From Podarcis liolepis (lineage: Eukaryota): a DNA stretch of 64,000 nt. Shown here in pieces: positions 49,701 through 63,432 of this stretch. The notes beneath the pieces are model-generated. The model saw only the letters and a list, made by a program, of their open reading frames with translations. It did not search any database and had not been told where the DNA came from. Where the stretch lies: assembly GCA_965112155.1 (NCBI GenBank), contig OZ218102.1. One strand, given 5' to 3'. Made by a program: the position numbers and the translations under genes. How positions within the stretch are numbered: the first letter of the stretch is position 1; each line of letters opens with the position of its first letter.

Positions 49701-51001
49701 ACGGTTGGAGCATAAACACTGAACCCAGGAAGAGCCCAGTCTTTGTCCAGCTGCTGTGCCCTATTTCTTTGAGGGAACCAGCCAAAATAAAAAAACAAAA
49801 AATGAACGGCTACAAACTGACAGATAACATTTCAGACCATAAATCTTGACATTAATTTTTGACAGGCTTTTACTAGCAAATATCAGCTTACATGGGAAGC
49901 TCTACTTATACTCAAGGAATCATGTGCTAAAATATTTAAAACTAGCTAACCCTTAAAAATAAAATAAAAAACCTCTCAAACACAGCTAATAATAGCAGTA
50001 GGATCTCGGTATCTTTTAAAGAAAAAGTTGCCTGAAACAGGCTTCAAGACCTGCAAAGGAGAAGGAAGTAATTGTGCTGTGCTGTGCGTGTGTTTGGAGT
50101 CAAGCACCCCAGAGAAGGAGGTGTCCGTCCGTCCCCCCGCAACAGCTTCTTGGCCCCAGGCCACACAAAACCAGGAACTGGTGCAGACTTCCTAGGTCAC
50201 ACTCATAGTCTCACTCTTCACGACTGCACCATACAGCTCAAGCGAAATCTGTCTCCCAATTTATTTATTTTTGCTTAAGCAATAGTCTGCATTTCTTTAA
50301 ACCATAACGTGCCCCTCAAGACTTTAGTCATATCTCAGGGATGTATAACACACCTAAATAAAACTAAAGTGACCCCCAAAAATGTGAATGATATTGCTAG
50401 AAATACAAATATTTTTCACAATAGACTGAGGACTACTCAAAACAGCAGATCTGATATATGGTCCCTAGGAGACGACCTCACTGAACTCATTCAATGCAGC
50501 AATATATGTAGCGATTAAACAACAAGGTAATCCTTAACACGCTTGTATTTATATATATATATATTCTTGGAACATTGTGATTCCAGTTTAATTAATTCAT
50601 CCATTTGACAATGTGTGCGTTGCAGGGAATGATTATTCCCCAACCCTGCAAAGGCTGATATTGCATTAAGACACAATGACATTTCAAGTAGATATTTATG
50701 TTGCTCAGCCACTGCAATCAATCATGTGAATGCTCCTTAAGTGCTGTGAAGATCTCAATCAAGAAAATGCAGAGGAAGAAGGAAAACTGTTTTGAGACAA
50801 ACTCTGTCTTAAACAAGCTTGTTCAAAGGGAGAGTTGGTGATTGGCGCAAACCATTCTCTCTTTAGAGCAAGTTTTAACCTTGCATTCATGGCAGCCTTA
50901 TTACCACCATAATAATGACGATAAGGACACACACACACATTTAAAAGCACTGCAATACCTCCGAAGGAAATGGGAACATTTTGCATGTATAACCCTGAGA
51001 T

Positions 51002-51231
51002 CAGGGGTCAGCAAACTTTTTCAGCAGGGGGCCGGTCCACTGTCCCTCGGACCTTGTGGGGGGCTGGACTATATTGGGGGGGGGATATGAATAAATTCCT
51101 ATGCCCCACAAATAACCCAGAGATGCATTCTACTCATGTAAAAACACGCTGATTCCCGGACTGTCCGCGGGCCAGATTGAGAAGGTGATTGGGCCAGATC
51201 CAGCCCTTGGGCCTTAGTTTGCCAACCCAGG
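51002..51231. mobile_element. hAT (Charlie-like) MITE
   Basis: Ends CAGGGGTCAGCAAACT and AGTTTGCCAACCCAGG. Degenerate 8-bp TSD CCTGAGAT/CCCTAGAT. Confidence 0.75.
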
Positions 51232-52948
51232 CCCTAGATATATTTGCTTCTCCTCTGTACAGATAATTAATCTGAGCTGAGTTTTTAAAAAGTGCAGTAA
51301 GAACTTAAAATGAAAAGAGTTTTCACCCCATCTAGAAAGCATAGCTACACACCTGGAGGTATATATAGACGAAATCTAGTACTTTCTGTCTTCCCAGTTA
51401 TTATGCTAACTATTGGAAGGAGGCTACCTAATAAAAGTTTAGCATATCCTCCATCCAGGAACACAGCAATTCTGAAAATATGTAACAGCAATTTAGTAAA
51501 CGTAGCCCATCACCCCCATACTGCAGATGGGCAGGGCTGACATCGAAAAGTAACGGGTCCTGCCACACACACAGAAGTGTGCAGCAGAGGAGAGAGCCAC
51601 GAACCTCTTAGTATGCCTCTCAGTCCCATATCAATGGTTAGAACAGTTCCCACGAAATGTAAGAAACTGGTCAAGTGGTGCTTGGTTGAACAGTGTGCTT
51701 TTTGCCCATCTCACAAAGGCAGCTGTATTACTGTCACTCCTCTCTTGAGGGCTATTCATTTTATGTGCTACACTCAAAACTCAAGGTATGGGTGGAATGT
51801 TCAGCATTCATATTCCAGTAAGTCAAAGGAAGCATGCAACAAAACAGCACAACAAAACCTTTCAGAAAGAATGAAGTACCACTGAAGCTTCCAAAAAAAA
51901 AAAAAAAAAAGGATGGACACCATATTGCCCACAAAACGGCAATTTGATGCACTTGTGATACATTTGGAGTGAAGAGGAGCTCCACCCTGGTGCAGAAGAC
52001 GACCCAAGCATCCTAGAGGGAAGGTTCACTTTTATTTGCCAGGCTAAATCAAGTGGTTGTAGAACCAGACGGGGGGCAGGGATGTCACCACCTGATGCAC
52101 ATTAACCGCTTTGTTTCCCCGCACCAAACTTCAGGTGACTGAAGTTGTCATCTGCACTTGCGTATCAGCTGCCTGAAATGTATGCACCCCAGTTCAACAA
52201 TGGCTTCCATTTTCTAATTGGATGGAAGCTCCTTTGAGGGAAAGAAAGCCCATCAAACAGGAAAGATTCTCCAGAAGCTACAGGATACCTACGGATTGTG
52301 GCTAACGGCAAGTGTACCTTGGCTTCAAGCACCAGTGCTGGGAGCAGAATGGAGCCAGAGCAAGCAGTAATGTGTACACAGGAATCTGTTTAGTAAATAA
52401 CATGTGACCATTATCCCCTTTTATCATTGCTGACCTCTTAACAAGCTTCATTTTAGTTAGCTACAAGGGCTTTAACCAAGGTTGAAATTATCCAAATTCC
52501 CGGGTTACATAGGCAGAACAAAATAGAGTTTGAGAGGGGAAGAAAAGGTTCTTTCAAGCCACAGGATTTTGTATATTAAACATGGTGTTTTTCCTGCAAA
52601 TGACAGATTTTAAAAAACAAAACAAAACCATTTGAAAAGGGAGAAGTAACAGCAACAACAAAAAAGCCCACAGCTTCCTCTCTCCATTGCACATTACCTC
52701 ATTTTATCTCCTATTGAAAAATTCATAAGAAATGAGATATCCATAAAGATACTTAAACTGTACCTCTTCTGAGTTAAGTAATGCCTTTGAAAAATGCACA
52801 GCCCATCATTCCAAGCAGCTGAGCAATTGCTTCTTATATACAGCATGGAAGTGGGGAAAGGAAAGGAAAACTTTGCTGTGATATAAGATGGTGCTGTGGA
52901 GCAGGATGAGCACACAAAATAAGGCACAAAACCAGTCCCATGTGCTTA

Positions 52949-53196
52949 CCGTATTTTTTGCTCTATAAGTCTCACTTTTTCCCTCCTAAAAAGTAAGGGG
53001 AAATGTGTGTGCGTCTTATGGAGCGAATGCAGGCTGCACAGCTATCCCAGAAGCCAGAACAGCAAGAGGGATTGCTGCTGCGATCCCTCTTGTTGTTCTG
53101 GTTTCTGAGATTCAGAATATTTTTTTTCTTGTTTTCCTCCTCCAAAAACTAGGTGCGTCTTATGGTCTGGTGCGTCTTATAGAGCAAAAAATACGG
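52949..53196. mobile_element. Tc1/mariner-superfamily MITE
   Basis: TA|CCGTATTTTTTGCTCTATAAG ... CTTATAGAGCAAAAAATACGG|TA, a perfect 21-bp TIR with TA TSD. Internal hairpin at about 53050-53108. Confidence 0.92.
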
Positions 53197-53929
53197 TAAG
53201 TTTTTCCAAGATCAATGGAACTTGGGCTGGGATCATATACCCGCTCCCCTGCAGAAAGGAAGCCCCACTGAAGTCAATGGGGTTCACATCAGATTTGCAC
53301 TGCAAATCACCAATAAAACAACCTTCTATAAAACACTGTAAACACTATTAACTAAACAATGAAAAGAATAAGCTAAACAGCACGACCACAAGAAAGTCGT
53401 TTCATAAGATTCACAAAGTATTACAGCACTCATAATCCACAAAGCAATATTGACAACTTTAGCAATCTTACAACGGAAAATAAAGCACTGTTGAATTCCT
53501 GTGGTTCATAGTCTTCCACTCAGTTCACCAAAAGAGACACACACACATAATGCCCATGGCTGCAGCTCTGTTCTGAAGGCTCCTAGGGCTGGTAGAAAAA
53601 GCTGTTGCCCGATGGCCATTTCCTCTTCTCTTTGTTTATTGAGTGCCAATTCTTGCCCGCTTTGCCTATAAATAAAACCAATGTATTTGCCCAGAAAACA
53701 GTTGCCCACATATGTGTACCTGTGGTGTAGAGTTGGACTGAGTCAGGGACTAGGCAAGCAGGGAGTGGGCTATATTTCTGGGTTTCAAAGACCACGAGAA
53801 AGAGACTTCAAAAGACTTTCTACCCCAGACTTCCACAAACTGTGTCACCTGCAATATTTTTCATATTTATATGATATTTTCTGGCCCCAATGTCCCCTGC
53901 AGGACTACTTATGAGTTGTATCCTAAAGT

Positions 53930-54670
53930 AATAAGAAAATAAGAATATCGCTGCTGGATCAAGCCAAAAACCATTAAGGCCACCCTGTTCTCACATTGAC
54001 AGGGGCGGCCAGAGATGGTTTGGTACCTTTCCCTCAAGGAAATACAAGCTCACCACTGGGAGGTGGCGGAGCAAGGGCGCCTGGAACACCAGCTCGGCAA
54101 GAGGGAGGCATTCCAGAGAACTTTGCTGGTGGTCTCCCTCTGCCGCTAGGGGCGCAGAGAGACCAGCAGGGCAAAGCTAAGTGGCAGAATACTGTGCCTC
54201 TCTACTACAGCCGAAACCTCCCTTACCTGGATTGCTTCTCTGGTGGCAGCGGAAGCAGTGGAATGGGCATAGCACCAGTGGAGAGGTTGCCTCTTGCATT
54301 GTCCAACACCTCAGGCGGCTGCTTCACCCAACCTCATGGGCGCATTGGCCAACCAGTTGGTTTGGGAAGCCCACAAACAGGGCCTGAATGCAACAGCACA
54401 TCTCTCCACGTGATTCCCAGCATACTGGGAACACAGCTGTTATGCCTAGAATTAGTTCATGAATTAGTCCAATTCTCTTTCAAAGCTATCCAACTTGATG
54501 TTTGTCACTACATCTGGAAGGAACTAATTCTATAGTTTAGTTATGAAGAAGTACTTCCTCTTACCTGTCCTGAATCTTCCAACCTTCAGCTGTATTAGAT
54601 GGTCCTGGGTTCTAGTCTATGAGATAGGGAGAAAAACCTCTCTGCTAGCCATTTTCTCCATAACATGCAT
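53930..54670 (-). mobile_element. Old CR1-like LINE 3' fragment interrupted by a GC-rich hAT-like insertion (about 54000-54342)
   Basis: TAAGAA..GCTGCTGGATCAAGCC..CCTGTTCTCACA resumes as TGGCCAACCAG..GGGAAGCCCACAAACAGG after the insert. It then continues GAAGAAGTACTTCCTCTTACCTGTCCTGAATC, an antisense CR1 ORF2 end. The insert starts CAGGGGCGGCC and its right terminal inverted repeat (TIR) is not evident. Confidence 0.6.
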
Positions 54671-56030
54671 AACTAGGGAGAAGCAATTGAGAACAAAGGT
54701 GTGGCTTGCCAATGATGCCTGTGGGAAAAATAATTGTATTAGGTCCTTGTTAACAGAAGAGGTCCATTACACCTTATTTCGTGCTATATTGTTTTTGATT
54801 TCCTTTGCAATGGCACAGTGGAGCTATATTATGGCATTACTCCTTTAACAATGTAGCCTATTTGAAAAAACCCTATTCAGTTACAGAGCACATTTGAGAA
54901 CACAAGATCTTTCATATTACTTTCTTTCTTTTACCATCTTAATTGGTGTGGATTTATTTACATCCATTAGCTTCTCCAGGGTGATCTGTATGCTTTCAAT
55001 GGTACAGAAATCCAGATAATGAGGTTTTGTCTAAGAATAGCATTCAACAGCTCCCAGGGATTTTCATTAGCCTGTAAGAAACACAGATGGCCAAGGATGT
55101 TGTACAAATACATATCTGAAGACAACGGAACTGGGTTCAAATCCTTCCTCTTAGCCTTAACATGATAAACAGGAGCACGAGCAGCCTGCATTTGTGCTGT
55201 TGTTAAGGTAGTCAAGGCTTATTGATATTTTTTTTTACTCTATGTCATCCCAAGGGCTTGAGAAAAACAAAAGTACGGTCACCACAACGTAGAACATACA
55301 TCATTTGCATATTCTGTTTGAACCAGACATAACACACAGACACTGTACAGATGACAAATAAGGAGGCCACAGTGCTGGAGCAAAATAGCCACAACTTCGT
55401 TAGATTTCCAGAGAATTGATCAGAACATTGCCATATAAAAAGGTAGTAAAATGGGGGTGGGGAGGGAGGGAGGGAGATGCTATTGGTATCGTGCTTTACT
55501 TGTGGAAGCCCAATTGAGGCTTACCATGTGTGAGGCCGTTTATAAGGTCCCAGAAATCTTGCTTCAAAATCTTGCGAGACCTGTAAATGCTGGGTCTTGC
55601 AATATTAGTGCTGATGAGAGCCATAAGTCCGTGCCATTGCAAGTCCTCGTCAGTTTATCTGACTGGGGGACAAGAGAAGCCCACAAAACATTTCCCATTG
55701 CCCCATGAATTTCCTCCCTTCTGGAGGTGCTACCATGGAATTGGGGTGGCTGGGCTTGCATCTGATCAGCTCCTACAGGACTAGGAAGTCCCTTCATGTA
55801 GGAAGAAGCCCACGTGTCCCTCCTCCACCACAACTTCCTGTAATGTACGCTACAAGGACCTGGCATGCATAGTCTTTCACCATACAAAGGAATTCTGTAG
55901 CCCTGGTGATTATATAGACTGGGAGTTACCTTCCGAGCTGTCAGGGCACTGCTAATGATACATGTGAGTCTTTGGTCCAGCTGGTAATATAACATAAACA
56001 CAGCTTTAAACAATGTTACTGGGCAGTCTT

Positions 56031-56100
56031 AAATAAATTGCAGTAAATAAAAATAAATAAATAAATAAAAATTGCAGTAAATAAAAATAAATAAATAAAA
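56031..56100. repeat. AT-rich tandem duplication / (TAAA)n
   Basis: AAATTGCAGTAAATAAAAATAAATAAATAAA twice. Confidence 0.85.
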
Positions 56101-56393
56101 CTCGTAATTTGATGTGTGTGTTTTTAATGAAGGCAGTGAATGTGGAAATTTTATTCTATCAAATAGAAACTAGGGTCCATTACAGTTATGTAAGTGTAAG
56201 CCTCATTGAATTCAATGGAGTTTGCTTCCAAACAGACATGCATGAGATTGGCTCTGAAGTAGGTGGCTCAGGCAGAAACTAAAGCTTTAGAGAATAAATC
56301 AAAGCTTGTGATTATGATTTAAGATGCTTAATGGCTCCAGCAAAAAGAATACACCGTGGAATCTGTGTGTCTGATTTTGCCTGTGAGGTAGCT

Positions 56394-56493
56394 AGTTGCT
56401 TCTCACCACAGGTGATCAATGAAAAGATACTGTGGGCACAGTTGCTCACCACAGGTGATCTATGAAAAGATACAAGTGGACACAGTTGCTCAC
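56394..56493. repeat. ~44-bp tandem duplication
   Basis: CTCACCACAGGTGATC(A/T)ATGAAAAGATAC..GTGG.CACAGTTG twice, plus a partial third copy. Confidence 0.85.
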
Positions 56494-57431
56494 AGCCTGT
56501 TTCTCTGGCGTATGTAGTGTGGGCACATACTTTACTACATCTTGAAGCCTTGTTGCCTTTTACGGTAATGTGTAAAGCAACGGCCTCCATTCAGTTTTCT
56601 AGCACACCCTATGCCAGGTAGTCAAGACAGGTATAACTTTGATCTACCTTAAATCAAGAGTTTCAGAATCTTGCTTTATCATCAGGTCAATAGCAAATAC
56701 CAGCTTTTAGAAGCAGACATGTTGTCCTCATTGGTAGGGTTATTTTTCTTTTGAAGGTATATAAACATTTTGATAGCTGTCTTGATATTAAAAAAAATGT
56801 TCAAAGATTATTTTTCATGGAGTAAAAGAAATTTATGGCGATGTTTCACAGACAGATCTTCATGCGCATATTGCGCATATGGGAAATCTCAATTATGTCC
56901 ATTTGGTAATGGTTATATTAAGATATTATCCTATCTTGTTTCAATATAATCCCTTGAAGCAAACTGCCGCAACTTTGCTAGCAATGTGATTTTCATTAAA
57001 TCACTCATCTGCACTGACTTCCAGAGCACTATTTTTTTTTTAAAAAATCAATCCATCATACTTCAGCATTCTTCATAAACTCATAAATCAATCAAGTTTC
57101 CCCAAGATTGAAGTATCTGCCAAGCTACTTGTAACAGTTTATTACAGTTCGTTGATGATAATTGGGCAAAAATATACTATGTCTGTGTTTGGCTTTAAAA
57201 GAGCAGAGGCATTTGAAGTTATTTCACAAGGCAAACAGTAGTTTCTGCCCTTTGAGTCCAAGAAAATTAACGGGGGGGGGATCATAGTTCGCTGTTGACA
57301 ACTCCCTACCCCCCAAAGAAGTGCTCAGGTGCCTGTTCTAATTGCCTGACTCACTGAGCTAGCGCTCACATGTTAGGTGGCAAATGTATTTCCTGTGTGT
57401 ATGCCAGGATTTTCTGCAACAAATATGCAGC

Positions 57432-57435
<4 letters not shown>

Positions 57436-57482
<47 letters not shown>
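57436..57482. repeat. (AC)n microsatellite
   Basis: Read directly. Confidence 0.95.
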
Positions 57483-57486
<4 letters not shown>

Positions 57487-57660
57487 TCTATGTATCTGGG
57501 AATCCTGATTTGGGGCAACTAAACATGTTATGCAGGAAACGCAACTGATGCACATGCAGTGGTGTTTGCTCAGCAAAAGATTAAGTATCCCAAATTATTA
57601 TAGCTGTTTAACTTTTTCTGAGCACAAGAACCATCCAGACCCAAGCCCATCATCTTCAGG

Positions 57661-57663
<3 letters not shown>

Positions 57664-57713
<50 letters not shown>
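57664..57713. repeat. (AT)n microsatellite
   Basis: Read directly; flanked on both sides by TCTTCAGGG. Confidence 0.95.
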
Positions 57714-57715
<2 letters not shown>

Positions 57716-58403
57716 TTCAGGGATACACACAAACACACACACCCCACACTTAACCATTCAATTGTAGCAAATCTAAAAGGCAGGATAAAAATTTAAAACC
57801 CTGGCTAAATTATATGAAATGCTTATTTGTTCAATGCCCCTTTGCGTACCTTGGAGAATTTAGAAAACAGCAGAACAGCCAGAGAATATTGTGCTCACTG
57901 AAGTATGCTAAAGTGAAATGAATGTCAGTTTACATAATATGTCCAATTACTTTTATGAATATTTCCTTTTTTTAGCACCATAATGGCTTATAGTCAGACT
58001 ATTAGAAATGTAATTAACATTTACTATTGGATAGCTTTATCTCTTTGCCTTGTTGTTACAGCGAGGCCAACATACTGTTTACTCTTCAGTTCTAGCCCAG
58101 GGGATCTACTCAGCAGATTGTACAGTTTAAGAAATTAGCTAAGCCCAAAATAGTTCTTTTATTTCATAAAAGGTCAGGGAAGCATGACTTATAATTCTAT
58201 AAATGTACTTGAAAACAAAACAAAACCATAGGTCAGAGTCAAAATGATGTATTTTATTGGGCCAACTGCATTGATTAGGAAAGCTGGGATACTTTAAAAA
58301 TTAAAAAAAAGCCTTGCTCCACCAACACAATTACTCCAAGAAAAGAGCACCATTTTAGATCTCCCTGTTCCCTCTTTCTTAGAGACCAACACAGCAGTCA
58401 GTC

Positions 58404-58404
58404 A

Positions 58405-58482
<78 letters not shown>

Positions 58483-58746
58483 TAATCATTTTTTTGATAC
58501 AAACATCAACTGCAAAAGACACATACAACAAAAACCACAATAACAATAATAACATACCTATGACTACACCTTTTTTAACAATATTTTCTCACGTCTCTCT
58601 CCTCCCCACTTCCTACCACTATCCGCCTTATTGCTTAAATATTTGTTCCAGATTTCTTCATATTTATCCATTCTTATTTTGCGTCGACATGCAATTCATT
58701 CGTATGTAGCTAATCTGTCCATATTATCAATCCATGTGCTCAATGA
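58404..58746 (-). mobile_element. 5'-truncated L1-like LINE insertion with (TA)n tail
   Basis: 16-bp TSD AACACAGCAGTCAGTC at 58388-58403 and 58747-58762. The minus strand translates LSTWIDNMDRLATYE*IACRRKIRMDKYEEIWNKYL, resembling the C-terminus of non-mammalian L1/Tx1 ORF2. A T-rich UTR and the (TA)n tail follow. Confidence 0.7.
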
Positions 58747-59614
58747 AACACAGCAGTCAGTCTTATAAAAAACACAGAAGTTTATTGTTCATACTTGTTT
58801 TATACAACATTTAAGTTTCTACATTTGTCATAATTCTTTTTTTTTTAAGTCTGACATACCTTGGAATAAAAAAACAATACACATTTAGCAGCAAAACCAG
58901 TATCTACCAGGTCATTCACAGGCATTTCAAGTACAAAACTATCCACTTAGCATTAGTGGGAAATGGAAGCATATTACTCCCAAACATAATTAAAACATGT
59001 AAACAAATTAAATAAGTTTTTTAAAAAGCCTCACACAAATAGTAACTCCACCTACATCGTTGAACCTTTAACAGAGCACCCAAGGCATTATTAACAGTTT
59101 GCACATGCAATAGTGATGAGGCATGATTAACTGCAAGTTCTAGGCAGGGTGAGGTTCCACTTCCACAGCTAATGTCGTTTGCCCTCCCCTTACTTCAAAG
59201 TTGATTGCAATTAGAGAGACTTAAGAGATGCACATTCAGCTCAAGTGCAACATCAAGCAACAAGACACAGATCAAACCCCGCAGAGTAAGCCTTCATATA
59301 AAATCATCTCAAATATTGTTGTGGTTGGTATCCGCCTGTCTCGAGAGACAATGGAGGAGTGTCTCTTTTTGAAATGGGGGCAGTTCACATGTTCAGCTGT
59401 CATCATGCAGTAAGCCACTGCGGGGTAAGATTGTGAGTGATGGACATGCGTATGTAAAATTATTCCTTTAGAGCTTGATCAAAGGGGGCAGGGGGACAAA
59501 TTGAGGAACTTTCAATACGGTATGAGAGATTATTAGACAGCATTGCTATCTATCATTTTTTTTTATTCCATTCTCTCTCCAATGATCTTGCAGTTGTGTG
59601 TTTGAGGATCATCC

Positions 59615-59732
59615 CATTTATTCTCACAACAGCCCTGTGAAGATAAGTTTGGAGAGAGAGACTGGGCTCACCTCACCCATTGTGCTTCATGGGTGAGCAC
59701 AGATTTGAAGTGAGATTCCCTGCAATCCAAGT

Positions 59733-59735
<3 letters not shown>
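59615..59735 (-). mobile_element. Old MIR/L2-tail-type (Squam3-like) SINE remnant
   Basis: TTATTCTCACAACAGCCCTGTGAAGATAAG...GACTGGGCTCA..TCACCCA..GCTTCATGGGTGAG..GATTTGAA. Confidence 0.55.

Positions 59736-59772
<37 letters not shown>
59736..59772. repeat. (AC)n microsatellite
   Basis: Read directly. Confidence 0.95.
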
Positions 59773-59775
<3 letters not shown>

Positions 59776-62700
59776 CACCCTGGCTCAACTGTACATGGGC
59801 AAAATGAGGCTACCCTGGAGCCAATATCATACCTGTAGGCATTAGCTGTTTGGGAAAATAATAAAGCGCGAAGAAGTTGGCGGCACTACTTTGCTTCCCT
59901 GGCACTTCTTGCTGGACATTGGCTGATAGATATAGAAAGGCATGAAAATAAATCCAGGGTATCCCTCTTCCAGGCAAAAATGCACCGTCAGTTTTCCATC
60001 TGAACATGTCTCATGGTGAATAAGAATTACTAGAATTCCACTACAGGGAAATTTATTGAATTTGATTTCTTATGCTATGAACTAGACTATGCCCAAAAGC
60101 ACACATGACTCATACCAGCCCTGCAAATCACATCTGAAACCTCCCTTCTGCCTACTACAACCGTGCTTGAACTTCTCCCACTCTTGATTCTAGAGAAATG
60201 ACAGTGATGCACCACTCAGTTCCTGGGAAGCGCAAAGTACCAGGAAAGGATTTTTTTGCTGTGATCTCACCTAGCACTTTAAGGACCAACAGTCGCAACT
60301 GCAACTGCATCCACACACCCTTTGTCCTGAGAAGTGAAGGTAGTCGCTACCTCTTGCAGCCTTAATGGAGCTACATCAATCTTTCCCAGGTACAGAAAGG
60401 GTACTGTGGCATTCTTTCTGCCTCAAGGAGGCAGCTGGATGAGAAGTGCAATACCTAAGGGTGTTTATTGCATCTCTAATTGAGGAAGAATAGCTCCGAT
60501 CCCAGCCATTCTGGGGACTCTGTTCTCTCCTTGCTATTGAGGTCCATGAGCAAGATGCCACTTGCATGAAGCTCTCTGTAGGCCTGTGGAGACTGCTATT
60601 TATCAGGCAGAGATCCCAGCATGAGATCCCAGCACATATGCACCCCATACCTAGTGCCTCACCACAGGGAAGGGGTCACATCTGATTCAAACCGTGTTGC
60701 AAGGGTTTCTTCTTTTCTCTCCCTGCACCCCAAATGCTGCATCCAAATCTCACATTTTTTTCCAAGAATCGGTCCGAGGGGTCACAGAGATCCCAATGGT
60801 TAAATAAAGATGTCACAGTCTAGATCAGATGCTCCTCTCCCTATTACAAAAGGGTTCGAGGTGGCAGATTCAAGCTTACCACTTGAGCTCTCCCCACAGT
60901 AACGTCTGAGGACCAAGCTACACAGGCAGATCTGTGCCTTTAAATGCAAGTCTGCCCCATCATCTGTGCCCCAGAAGTCCATAGAGCTTCAGGGATTGCA
61001 ATGAGAGCACCAGCGCCTCCCCTTTGCTTAGATTGTGCCACTGTAACACCACCCCAGATTGTTCCTTAATTATCTAATGGGACCAGCTACTTCCAAAGAT
61101 CTAAATGTTTATAAATCTTAGGGAAGCTATTGCTTTTTTCAAGATGGTGTACATGTCAAATGGCCAAAGAAGAAGAATGGGAGCCAATTATTTTGCTCCC
61201 ATTCAGCCATGTTTTGAGGTTCTGAAAATACATCAAGAAGGAACGGTGATTTCCTCCCTACGAATTTTGTACAGTTTCTGCATGAGGAGCTGCCCCTCCC
61301 CTGATAGGAAGATACAATGGTTTGACAATGTGGATAAAAATTCAATTTAATTAACTTCAGAGGATAAACTCTGTGGCTAAGAGCTGTCTTGCAAGTTCAG
61401 TCACAGTCACAAATGCTTTAGAACTGCATTTGCTAAATCAAGGCATCCTCTATGGACATATTTCATGGAGCTTCACTGTGCTAGTGTGGCTTGCTAATCA
61501 AATAAAGATGTAGGAATTTGGAATGCTTTGCACATTACTAATCTGTAGTTCAAGGCATGGAATAAAAAGCAAATATCAATAAGCTCAGCATATTCCTGAG
61601 AGTCTTAAAATTGAGAAGATTGCTTAATTGGCACTCCCCTACTGCTAACAGAAATATGCCAATTAAAAGGATTCTGCTATACTCATTAAGGGATTAGAGA
61701 GCATTAATGTCATACTAACCCTCTGCTACATTATCTTTATTCTGTTCCTCTAAGAGTAGCTAAAAAATAAAACAGGTGATCCTGAAATTATAGCTCCTCC
61801 AAACTATATAATGTACTTTCTATGTTACACAACTTCACAATGCAATGAACTAATACATAGGTTAAAACCGTACCAGATCAGATTTCATTAAGACGTTAAC
61901 ACACAGTAAAATCTTGTAACCTAACATAACTCATACAATCCAGTCTAACTAAAAAGAAGCTGCCATTTTTGCATTCAAATTCAAACACTTGAAGAGGAAA
62001 ACATTAGGATTTTAAACAGGCCAAGATATATTTAGAAATTTTAAAACACCTTTCAAATTTATACACACCCTCAGTTTCAGTTTAAGCTTATTGTTCTGGG
62101 GCGGGGAAATCAATTTTATCTGAAAATGTGTGTTCATTTCCTCTACCTAGTTTCTGCTTGCAATGCAGAATCTCTTTTCCTGCAGATATGAATGTGTGTT
62201 GCTTTCTACAATTCAGACATAGATCACAGAATGGTAGGGTTGTTATCTAAATGTTATTATCTAAAATACTAAAGAAAGAAGTTTCTCTCCCATCCGTCAA
62301 TGAGGAGTGAATTCTGATGCTGTCATTTTAGAATACAACAGAAAACATTAACAGCCCAAACTGGCATTGGGGGTCTTCAAATGTCTAAGAACAGTGGACT
62401 TGACTACTGTCTCAGCCCAGCACTTACGCGTACACAGCTACCTCATATTCAGGATTACTATTGCACAAACAAAACCAGGAAAATAAAGAGAATATATCTA
62501 AGAAATGTAAGTCTAAGAGATACTTGTTCACTGTGCTAATAAAGCAATAAAAGGTTGTTGTTGTTTTTTAAATGAAAGACTAGAAGATTCTGCATATGCT
62601 TAAATTACCAGGTAAGCCCAGCTACAGAACCTGGGAAATCCTGACTGACTAGAACTGTAGTACAGTGCCCTGGGGGAATGGGCAAGGGAATGAGTTTTAT

Positions 62701-63432
62701 TACAGGTCGCTCCCACAGGGATTTCAAATCGCATCTGACACTGCACAATTCACCTGACTTTGGAAGCACTATGGGAAACGCCTTACAAACTCTAGCTGTG
62801 TGTCACTTGGGCAGGGGAGGGTTAAAGCTAGAGGAAGGGGGCAAGAACAAAAGAGCTTCACAGGAGGATGGGGTAGTAAACAAGCAGGCCTACAGGTACT
62901 TTATTTTCTTTAAACTCTTTTGTAAGACCATTCATGAAGAGACATTCCTATTACTGTGAGGGTCTAGAGACTGGTCCCATAGACTTCTATGGGCAGAGGC
63001 CAACAGCATCTGTGGTTAATACTGACAACACAAGGAATAATTTTATTCTCCTCAAGTTAAGTGCCTGCTCAAAAACCTGTCGTAAATTTGAGATAGGATA
63101 TTTGAAATGCAATCTGGGGGAGATGTATGTGTTGAGTTATTAAAGATCATACATATTTTGGGGGGGGGGGGAGAACAGTTTAAGTCTATCAGAAGGTTCT
63201 CCATCATTAAAAAAACAACCCTGCTGATTTGTATCTTTGTTGAGGAATCTCTTTACACACTGGCGATGTCAAGCAGAGCACAATTTGGGGACAGGATGCT
63301 ATAATCTCAATCACCTGGCTGTGTGTTGAAAATAAATATGTTAACACTTCAGGAACTCTGGTGAAAGACAGACAGTGAACATGGCCAACACTCCCTTTGC
63401 CCCCGTAATTCGGAGAAAACCAAGCATCAGTC

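Noticed and set aside
53996-54535. 179-aa ORF
   Set aside because: Non-ATG start, and it spans a GC-rich transposon insert and an antisense CR1 remnant.
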